Positions 57,211 through 64,000 of a stretch of 64,000 bases of DNA are shown piece after piece; the stretch's first letter is position 1; each line of letters starts with the position of its first letter. Under the pieces are notes generated by a model, which was given only the letters and a program-made list of their open reading frames with translations, was not told the DNA's origin and did no database searches. Made by a program: the position numbers and the translations under genes. The stretch spans positions 65,672-129,671 of the forward strand of contig JAGBPS010000017.1 in the NCBI GenBank assembly GCA_017633255.1, written 5' to 3'. The DNA comes from Bacteroidales bacterium (GTDB lineage Bacteria > Bacteroidota > Bacteroidia > Bacteroidales > WCHB1-69).

Positions 57211-57218
57211 TATTTTTG
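57211..57218 (+). promoter_or_regulatory. -7 box TATTTTTG
   Basis: Lies upstream of ATG 57285. Confidence 0.55.
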
Positions 57219-57226
57219 CAGCGGAT

Positions 57227-57264
57227 TTGTTCAAAAATATTTTTTGTTCAAAAAAATTGAACAA
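57227..57264. promoter_or_regulatory. Candidate AbiEi operator: TTGTTCAA x2 direct plus inverted TTGAACAA
   Basis: TTGTTCAA lies at 57227-57234 and 57244-57251, and TTGAACAA at 57257-57264. All sit between the -7 box and the start codon. Confidence 0.5.
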
Positions 57265-57284
57265 CCGTATAAAATGAATGTAAA

Positions 57285-57860
57285 ATGCAAAAAGCGGAAA
57301 TAAAAATCATTTTTTATCTGTTGCAGGACAGTGCCAACGTAAGGCAAAATTTTCGGCAGATAGCTGCTGAAACAAGTACATCCATAGGTTCTGTTCATAG
57401 CACTTTTGTTGACTTGTCGGAACGGGGTTATATTATTGATGATGGCATGACACGTTTGTTGCGTAAGCGACAGTCGCTTATTGACAGATGGGTGATGGCG
57501 TATAACGAGAATTTTAAGAGCAAACTGCTGATAGGCCGTTTCAAATTCCTGACGGCAAAGGCAAAAGATCAATGGCAAGATATTGCTTTGCCTGATACGC
57601 TTTGCTGGAGTGGTGAGCCGGCTGCGGCTTTGCAGGATGGTTATATTTTGCCCCAACGCTGGGATATCTACACTTCAGATACAGCTGATGCGTTGATAGC
57701 CACAGCACGGATGATTCCTGATCCACAAGGGGAGATATTTGTTTATCAGAAATTTTGGAAAAAGAATGGTATTCTTCCGCTTATTGTATATGCTGATTTA
57801 TTAGCCACAGGCGATGACCGTTGCCGAGAGGCTGCCGAAATACTTAAATCTCTTATTTGA
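57285..57860 (+). CDS. AbiEi-like antitoxin / wHTH transcriptional regulator (type IV TA)
   Basis: The protein is 191 aa long with an N-terminal wHTH-like segment (IAAETSTSIGSVHSTFVDLSERGYI). It is paired with a downstream nucleotidyltransferase. The family assignment is from recall. Confidence 0.5.
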   Translation: MQKAEIKIIFYLLQDSANVRQNFRQIAAETSTSIGSVHSTFVDLSERGYIIDDGMTRLLRKRQSLIDRWVMAYNENFKSKLLIGRFKFLTAKAKDQWQDIALPDTLCWSGEPAAALQDGYILPQRWDIYTSDTADALIATARMIPDPQGEIFVYQKFWKKNGILPLIVYADLLATGDDRCREAAEILKSLI

Positions 57861-57866
57861 TACTTT

Positions 57867-58718
57867 ATGGAATATACTATTAATAAAGAAGATTTGAAGA
57901 ATCCGTTGCTCGCTGAGACTTTAAGCGCTTTGGCGGCGTGTTTTGCTGAACTGGATATGGAGTTGTATGTGGTGGGAGCTGTCGCCCGTGACATTGCCAT
58001 GCATTTGCTCCAAATGGAAGATGATGCCCGCCGAACAATGGATTTGGATGTGGCGGTTTTAATTAAGGATTGGCGGCAGTATGACCAGCTTTCGGAAGTG
58101 CTTTTGCGGAGCTATTTTACCAAAGCAAGGGAAAAACAACGATTTTTCTATGTGGGAGAGAATGGTACAGGGCATTTTATGGTGGATATTGTGCCTTTTG
58201 GCGATATAGCACATAATGAACAGGTGGCATGGCCTCCCGAAGGCACGCCAGTTATGTCGGTACGTTGTTTTGACGATGTAATGCTCCATGCGGATAAAGT
58301 GCGTGTAGAGGATAGTTTCAGTTTTAGCATGGCTCCTTTAAGCGGTCAGTTTCTGATAAAATTGGACGCTTGGTCCGACAGGCATCTCATCACCAAGAAA
58401 GACGCTGCGGATATGGTGTATATCATGCAGAATGTATATGTGCCGTATGCCATGTCAAGGCAAACATTGCCGCCTGAGATTAGTATAGAAGCCTCTGAAT
58501 TTGAGCTTATGGTTGCAGGTGCCGAGTGGATTGCTGTTGAACTCAGACAAATGCTGAGTGAAGAACATCGCCATTTTTATGCAACTATGCTCAATAATGA
58601 AGTGAGCCAGGCGGAGCAAAGTGCCTTGCTCAACGATATGATGGATGTGTCTTCCGCAAGGAATTATAGGGTGTTGCGTCGCGCCTTAAGCCGCATGGCG
58701 CAAATTTTTGCCTCTTAA
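57867..58718 (+). CDS. AbiEii-like nucleotidyltransferase toxin
   Basis: It has the minimal NTase signature VVGAVARD...RRTMDLDVAV (G-x-R ... DxD). The protein is 283 aa long and starts 6 nt after the upstream gene. Confidence 0.5.
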   Translation: MEYTINKEDLKNPLLAETLSALAACFAELDMELYVVGAVARDIAMHLLQMEDDARRTMDLDVAVLIKDWRQYDQLSEVLLRSYFTKAREKQRFFYVGENGTGHFMVDIVPFGDIAHNEQVAWPPEGTPVMSVRCFDDVMLHADKVRVEDSFSFSMAPLSGQFLIKLDAWSDRHLITKKDAADMVYIMQNVYVPYAMSRQTLPPEISIEASEFELMVAGAEWIAVELRQMLSEEHRHFYATMLNNEVSQAEQSALLNDMMDVSSARNYRVLRRALSRMAQIFAS

Positions 58719-58764
58719 AAGTTGGCAGAATTCTTATCTTTTTCTTGTTCGCTATAAAGTATTC

Positions 58765-59352
58765 TTATCTCCACTGCAGGGTGTTCACCAGCTGCAAAAG
58801 ATCGTTGCGGAGGTAGTCGATAACGGGCTGGATGGAATCATTGTTGGGAGGGAAGTTGAAATACAGCGAGCCTCGCAAGAAGTGATAGCTGCTGTCGCTC
58901 ACCCAGAACTGAAAGGGAGTGGCCACATCAGAGCCTTCAATATCATAGATCTGTCCGAACATCCGGCTTTCGGGGTCGCTGATAATAGAATATTCCACAT
59001 CATCGGCTTTCACATAATGGAACTGGACCATCTCTCGCTCCTGTACCATTCTGTCCCTCAGGTTACCATGCATGGGAAAATAGGTCATCTTCAGCTCTGC
59101 AGCGAATTGGGGATACTGGAGGTCAATCCATATTTTGCCGGAGTCTTTGGGCGTGATGATGGCTTGGGCATATTGCGATATTTCCATGGTAAAGGGCAGG
59201 GTGGTGTCTAGCAAGGTATATTCAGCCTTGGGAAGGTCGATGCGGAAATAGCCCTTCGGTTTGGGTGCAATCTGCTCGTTTTTATGACCGCATGCTCCCA
59301 GCATGAGTATGCAGAGCAGTAGGGTGATGATATGGTGTTTCATAAGGTTCAT
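58765..59352 (-). CDS. gldD: GldD-like lipoprotein (gliding motility / T9SS-associated)
   Basis: It has a lipoprotein signal (MLGAC). PKPKGYFRIDLP...FQFWVSDSSYHFLRGSLYFNFPPNNDSIQPVIDYL resembles GldD (recall). Confidence 0.55.
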   Translation of the reverse strand: MNLMKHHIITLLLCILMLGACGHKNEQIAPKPKGYFRIDLPKAEYTLLDTTLPFTMEISQYAQAIITPKDSGKIWIDLQYPQFAAELKMTYFPMHGNLRDRMVQEREMVQFHYVKADDVEYSIISDPESRMFGQIYDIEGSDVATPFQFWVSDSSYHFLRGSLYFNFPPNNDSIQPVIDYLRNDLLQLVNTLQWR

Positions 59353-59441
59353 TATTAATTATTATTATGTGTTGCGATATTATCTTTTTAGACTGGTGAT
59401 AAAAGTATGTTATAAAGAGGTATACAATGTAAGCGATTAGT

Positions 59442-59645
59442 CGTGCTGAAAGCACGCAATCCTATTAACCCCGCATAAGCGTAGCGCAATGTGGGGTATG
59501 CGGCAATCTACTCTACTCCTGCGTGCCGTAGGCACGCTACATTGGAGTGTATGTAGCGTGCCTTCCGCACGCAGACAGTTTATGTCATTATCCACCCCAC
59601 ACAACAAGTTGTGCGGGGTTAATAAGATATCGTGCCAAAGGCACG
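59442..59645. repeat. Cluster of at least 6 hairpins with nested long-range pairing (candidate structured RNA or REP/BIME-like element)
   Basis: The local hairpins lie at 59442-59456, 59521-59537, 59537-59556, 59556-59572 and 59631-59645. TATTAACCCCGCA (59463-75) pairs perfectly with TGCGGGGTTAATA (59612-24), and TGTGGGGT (59490-97) with ACCCCACA (59594-601). Confidence 0.85.
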
Positions 59646-59763
59646 ATTCTTTGACTTTCAAATCAAAAAAACGAGAAGCTATTATAAGTGCTTGATACAA
59701 CATTTTTTATACAAATTTTCCATTTTTTATTGCAACAGTACTAATTAATCATCAATTTTAATT

Positions 59764-62217
59764 CTAAAGGCTCACTACCGTAATCCCCATGCCGCCCAGC
59801 TCCAGCGCTTCATCGCAGAAGCTGTTGACTTCCTTGCGCTTGGCCAGGTACTGTCGTATCACATGGCGCAGAATGCCGTTGCCCTTTCCGTGTAGCAGCT
59901 TCACTTGGTGTATGCTCAGCAACACGGCTTCGTCAATATAGCTTTCCAGCATCTGCAAGGCTTCGTCGGCCCGCATACCCCGCATGTCCAGCGTAGTGTT
60001 GAAATGGGAAATCTTTTGGTTCATAGCATCAGCTAAGGAACCGCCATCCAATCTCACACCTGTGCGTTTTACTGTTCGGGCTTCCCGCTTGCTGATTTTG
60101 GTCACTTTGTCCTTGGTAGTGCGAAGGGAAACCGAGTTGAACGAGATGGTGACATCGTCCCCGTTGAGTTGGGTGATTTCGCCTACCACCTGGGTCTCTA
60201 TCATAAAGACAGAATCTCCCACATGCAGCGTGGTGTCTTCGGGCTTCTCCTGTTTTTTGGCTTGTGTCTTGGGCTTGTGGATGGGTACAATAGGTTTGAG
60301 GGCGGGTTCTTTCTCAATGGATTCTACCTCCTTGGCAAATTCCTCTTTCAGCTTCACAATATCCTGTCGCGCCTGCTTGGTTTTCACTGAGTCGGCCTTG
60401 TGCTCTTTGATTTCGCGTATGGTCTTCTCAATCACCTTGTTGGCACTCTCGATAATGCTGTTCGCCTGGTTCTTGGCTTTTTGGATGATGTCCTTCCGAT
60501 GTTTTTCCAGCTCGGTGAACTTCTCACTGTATTCGTTGATCATTAGGGCCAGTTGGTCATCGGCGGAGTTGACTAGGCGGAGCATTTTGTCTATCTCCAT
60601 CTTTTCGTTCTCAATCTGCTCCAGTTTCTTTTCGTAGTCAATCTGGGCGGTGCCGGTTTTGCTGACGGCATTGTCGATAATCTGCTGTGGAAGCCCTATT
60701 TCTCGGGCTATCTCGTAGGTAAACGAGCTGCCGGGTTTGCCCATTTTCAGTTTGAACAGAGGGCGCATAGCTGTCATGTCGAAGAGCATGGCCCCGTTGA
60801 CCGCTTGTTTGTGGGTGTCGGGAAAGAGTTTGAGATTGCCGTAGTGGGTGGTAATCACCCCGAAAGAACCTTTGTCGTACATGGCTTCCAGCAGGGCTTC
60901 GGCCATCGCCCCACCAGGTAGTGGGTCGGTACCGGAACCGAACTCGTCAATCAGAAACAGCGACTTCTCATCCAGATGTTCAATCATCATTTTGGCATTG
61001 GTGAGGTGCGAGCTGTAGGTGCTCAGGTCGTTTTCAATGGACTGCTCATCGCCCATGTCGATAAAGAAATGATGGAAGATGCCCATATCGGAAGTGTCGG
61101 ACAGGGAGACCAGTAAGCCACACTGCATCATGTATTGCAGCAGTCCGATGCTTTTCAGGCACACGGACTTGCCACCGGCATTGGGACCGGAGATAATCAG
61201 GATGCGCTCGTCGTTGACCAGGCGGATATCCAAGGGTTGGACTTTTTTGCTTGTGCCTTTGAAATTCAGGTAGAGCAGAGGATGGATGGCATTGTGCCAG
61301 TTCAGCATGCATTGGTCGAAAACATGGGGCAGAAAACCGTTGATATCAATGGCCAACAAGGCTTTCGCCCGGATAAAGTCGATGGTGCCGAGAAATTCGT
61401 GACCGTAGCGCAGGTTGTCGATGGAAGGCCGTATGCGCTGGGTGATTTCAGTTAGAATGCGGATGATTTCGCGGTGCTGGGCGTTCAGCAGGTCCTTGAT
61501 TTCGTTGTTGGCGTCAAACACCTCGGCAGGCTCGATGAAAACGGTCTGTCCTGTAGCTGACTCGTCGTGGATAAAGCCTTTCAGGCGGCGTTTGAACTGG
61601 GCGGAGACGGGAATACAGAGACGTCCGTTTCTGACGGTCATCTCGGCATCATCTTTGGTGATGCCGTCCTGCTTGGCGGCGTTCAGCAGTTTGCGGATAC
61701 GGCGGTCGGCCTCGCCCGAAATGCGGTTGATTTCGCTTTTGATACGCCTCAGCTCATCCGACGCGTTGTCGCGCAGTTGCCCTTTGGGGTCCAGTATCTT
61801 ATTGATGGCCTCCAGCAAGTCTTTCTCGGGCATAATATCCTGACAGATGGCCCACAGACGTGGAAATTTGTTGTCCTCGTGCCTGATTTTGAAATACACG
61901 AACACCTGGATAATCATGTTGATGAAGGCACGCAAAGCCGCCAGCTCATCCAGTTCTATATAGGTGCCGTCAATGTGGAGGCGCGAGAGCACCGGCCTCA
62001 AGTCGAAATAGTCCTGGGCAGGGAAAGGGTCTTCCAGCAACAAAACCTGCTTGAATTCCTGCGTTTCCTGCAACTGTTTCTCAATCAGCTCGAAGGAGTC
62101 TGAATACTGCAGTTGGTCCACCATCTCACGACCCATATCACTGATACAGTGATTCTTGATCAGCTCACGGATGGTGTCAAAACCTATTTTTTCCTCAAAA
62201 GAAGCAGGATATATCAT
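59764..62217 (-). CDS. mutS2: Endonuclease MutS2
   Basis: It has the Walker A motif GPNAGGKS, a long coiled-coil linker and a C-terminal Smr domain. The protein is 817 aa long. Confidence 0.9.
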   Translation of the reverse strand: MIYPASFEEKIGFDTIRELIKNHCISDMGREMVDQLQYSDSFELIEKQLQETQEFKQVLLLEDPFPAQDYFDLRPVLSRLHIDGTYIELDELAALRAFINMIIQVFVYFKIRHEDNKFPRLWAICQDIMPEKDLLEAINKILDPKGQLRDNASDELRRIKSEINRISGEADRRIRKLLNAAKQDGITKDDAEMTVRNGRLCIPVSAQFKRRLKGFIHDESATGQTVFIEPAEVFDANNEIKDLLNAQHREIIRILTEITQRIRPSIDNLRYGHEFLGTIDFIRAKALLAIDINGFLPHVFDQCMLNWHNAIHPLLYLNFKGTSKKVQPLDIRLVNDERILIISGPNAGGKSVCLKSIGLLQYMMQCGLLVSLSDTSDMGIFHHFFIDMGDEQSIENDLSTYSSHLTNAKMMIEHLDEKSLFLIDEFGSGTDPLPGGAMAEALLEAMYDKGSFGVITTHYGNLKLFPDTHKQAVNGAMLFDMTAMRPLFKLKMGKPGSSFTYEIAREIGLPQQIIDNAVSKTGTAQIDYEKKLEQIENEKMEIDKMLRLVNSADDQLALMINEYSEKFTELEKHRKDIIQKAKNQANSIIESANKVIEKTIREIKEHKADSVKTKQARQDIVKLKEEFAKEVESIEKEPALKPIVPIHKPKTQAKKQEKPEDTTLHVGDSVFMIETQVVGEITQLNGDDVTISFNSVSLRTTKDKVTKISKREARTVKRTGVRLDGGSLADAMNQKISHFNTTLDMRGMRADEALQMLESYIDEAVLLSIHQVKLLHGKGNGILRHVIRQYLAKRKEVNSFCDEALELGGMGITVVSL

Positions 62218-62235
62218 CTACAACAAATTAGGTTG

Positions 62236-62243
62236 CAAAGGTA
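62236..62243 (-). promoter_or_regulatory. -7 box TACCTTTG (minus strand)
   Basis: CAAAGGTA on plus strand lies 18 nt from the mutS2 ATG. Confidence 0.55.
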
Positions 62244-62437
62244 CATGAATTTCCCGAAATAAAAGTAGTCATTTTAAATGACTCGCCATAAATCCGAATT
62301 TCATTAATACAAAGATATTATTCCGAAAAAAAACACATTGAAGTGTAACGTTTCGGCACTTTCATGCGTCATGCTTATATAGGGATATAATGCATGTTTA
62401 TCTCCTTGGATTTTTATTTTTTAATACATAGATAGTT

Positions 62438-64000
62438 ATGAAAGACACGCAATGCCATTATTTCTGTAAAACCGCTCCGAAACTTCGCCGTTTTTTGCCA
62501 TTTGCGCTTTGTTTAATCCTTTTGCAAGCTGTTTTCTTCTCCGCCTCCGCCCAAGGCGAGTGGAAGTGGGCGAACTATTGGACGGGTAACGACGACCCGC
62601 TCAGCAGCACCAATGCGTATAATTATGTGGTTAAAACGGCATTTGATGACGAGGGGAATATTTATGCTTTTGGGTCCTGTGGGGGAACTGCCCAAATACA
62701 AGATCAATCACAGGCCATACACATGTTGAATAATGCCACAGTTTTAACGGCTAACACACAAGGAAGCGTGTTGGCAAAGTTTGACAGAAATGGGAATCTG
62801 TTGTGGCACAGAGTTGTCAAAAATTCGGGATTAGGAGCAGACTCCTATCCCTATGATATGTTTTTTGACGGAGACAAAATTTTAATTGCAGGTAATTATC
62901 AATTTCAATCCATGGATCAGCTCTGGTTTTTTGACACGCTTATCAATTATCAACATGTTGCGGGTATTCCCTTGGAAGAACAACATCCTCCATTTGCAGT
63001 CGGAAACTATACCTATTTTGTGACTTTTGATTTGGATGGGAACAGATTAGAGAGCGTTTTTGTACATACATTATCTAGAGATATTACAAATGGACAACGA
63101 GCAAATTTTTATTTAGGATATAAAGGATTTATATGTGTTGATAGTCATCGAAACACATATGTTGCAGTAGACGAAGCGTACAGTGGAGCAGATACTATGC
63201 CTTATACTGTTGTTGTTGAAAAAGATACTGCGAGGAGAACTTATGATGTTTTTTTCCCTGAAAACTGTTACGAATACGAACAGGGAGCTTGGAATGCTGT
63301 AAACAACACTTTATTTTGTAAACTTTCTCCAGAATGGGAACTGGAATGGGTGCATCGTGTTATTGATCATACTAACGGTTTGTCTCCAGCTCTTTCATGG
63401 GACACCATCAATCCTTATTTTACTCCTTGTACATTTGAATTAAGTATTGATGATAATGACGAAGTGTATCTTTCTGGTTATTTAACAGACATGATGATGA
63501 TGGATGAATACAACCAGTATCCAATGTATATTTATTGGGATAGTGTGCACTATGCTACTGTACTTGATTGTGGAATGGCGTATTATACACCTTATATTAT
63601 CAAATATGATTCTGACGGAAATGTTCTCTGGTCTAACCAAATATATGTCAGTCACCCTTCGTCTAATACAGCACAGAATAAAACCATTTGGAAAGGCAAT
63701 GCTATTTATGATAATAGTGTTTATTTGGTAGGAGATGCTCTTATTTCTGATGGTGTACCATCTTTATTCTATTTTGACGAGGAGTCAAACAATATGCCAG
63801 TAACACAAATAACAGAATATTTCGTTAGATTCAATGCTCAAACAGGTGATTTTGAAAATTGGGGCATTGTTCCTGGAGATAGAACATCAATAGGTCTTAG
63901 AGGAAGTGTCCGCCCTGCGGTAATTAACAACCATTTAATTACAATAGCAATAAGTTATTCTACAGATTTTCCTATGCTTCTTTGCTATTTTAACACAAAT
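62438..64000 (+). CDS. Large secreted/surface protein, 5' partial (runs off the window)
   Basis: This frame is not in the ORF track. I translated it by eye from ATG 62438 and met no stop before the window end (521 codons). It has a signal peptide (..FFSASA/QGE). Repeated GNxxW/DGNxLW-type segments suggest beta-propeller-like repeats. Confidence 0.6.
   Translation, partial: MKDTQCHYFCKTAPKLRRFLPFALCLILLQAVFFSASAQGEWKWANYWTGNDDPLSSTNAYNYVVKTAFDDEGNIYAFGSCGGTAQIQDQSQAIHMLNNATVLTANTQGSVLAKFDRNGNLLWHRVVKNSGLGADSYPYDMFFDGDKILIAGNYQFQSMDQLWFFDTLINYQHVAGIPLEEQHPPFAVGNYTYFVTFDLDGNRLESVFVHTLSRDITNGQRANFYLGYKGFICVDSHRNTYVAVDEAYSGADTMPYTVVVEKDTARRTYDVFFPENCYEYEQGAWNAVNNTLFCKLSPEWELEWVHRVIDHTNGLSPALSWDTINPYFTPCTFELSIDDNDEVYLSGYLTDMMMMDEYNQYPMYIYWDSVHYATVLDCGMAYYTPYIIKYDSDGNVLWSNQIYVSHPSSNTAQNKTIWKGNAIYDNSVYLVGDALISDGVPSLFYFDEESNNMPVTQITEYFVRFNAQTGDFENWGIVPGDRTSIGLRGSVRPAVINNHLITIAISYSTDFPMLLCYFNTN

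Noticed and set aside
59437-59703. ORFs 59437..59703 (minus strand) and 59489..59695 (plus strand)
   Set aside because: Both lie entirely within the hairpin cluster and mirror each other on opposite strands, which is an artefact of the palindromes. Neither has start context or a recognisable domain.
62244-62437. Invertible (phase-variable) promoter upstream of the large surface-protein ORF
   Set aside because: A second minus-oriented -7-like box (CAAAGATA, 62310-62317) and the palindrome AGTCATTT-T-AAATGACT (62269-62285) made me look for flanking inverted repeats. I found only 6-bp matches (CCGAAA/TTTCGG), which is too weak, and no recombinase gene lies nearby.
1-64000. Prophage, ICE, transposon or classical defence island
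   Set aside because: I recognised no integrase, transposase, relaxase, capsid/terminase, reverse transcriptase, cas gene, or restriction-modification methylase or full-length restriction-subunit gene in any frame (only the orphan HsdR_N-like small protein). Accessory genes occur singly between housekeeping genes.

Overview
This is a 64-kb chromosomal segment that looks like a Bacteroidota/Bacteroidales (Prevotella-like) genome. That placement is inferred from gene content, T9SS C-terminal tails and the -7 promoter box TAnnTTTG found in front of about 23 gene starts. I call about 55 protein-coding genes. By eye I found no rRNA, tRNA, CRISPR, transposase, integrase or reverse transcriptase.

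The backbone is housekeeping: folP, lgt, cdaA, smpB, secA, aspS, tcdA, rpoN, dprA, miaB, ispD, wecB, mutS2 and tatD. It also carries envelope and glycan functions:
- a MOP flippase, GT2/GT4/GT9 glycosyltransferases, a Wzz-like protein and an O-antigen-ligase-like protein;
- an EptA-like transferase, a GH20 hexosaminidase, an L,D-transpeptidase and an M64 peptidase;
- two T9SS-tailed nucleases and a GldD-like lipoprotein.

Small accessory modules are scattered through this backbone:
- a YafQ/RHH toxin-antitoxin pair abutting rpoN;
- HicAB;
- an AbiEi/AbiEii-like pair with operator-like repeats;
- a class II Fic protein;
- a coiled-coil PD-(D/E)XK protein;
- BlaI/BlaR1-TonB.

The most unusual observations are:
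1. An exported single-chain TldD-TldE fusion sits in a tightly packed operon with a soluble GT2 and a putative outer-membrane protein.
2. The intergenic repeat repertoire is very rich. It includes a 25-bp x6 tandem array inside the cdaA-lgt-folP gene string, a 14-bp x8 array in the blaI leader, GTAG-flanked palindromes, 3-nt-loop mini-hairpins that are almost all GNA/TNC, an identical 25-mer hairpin at two loci, and 25-nt direct repeats bracketing a two-gene block.
3. A multi-hairpin element of about 200 nt lies at 59.44-59.65 kb, and an 11-bp-closed candidate RNA lies at 44.33 kb.

All functional calls rest on motif recall from the translated ORFs. No database search or folding program was run. 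I cannot show that any of these is a new system; the TldD/E operon and the repeat/hairpin families are the best candidates.
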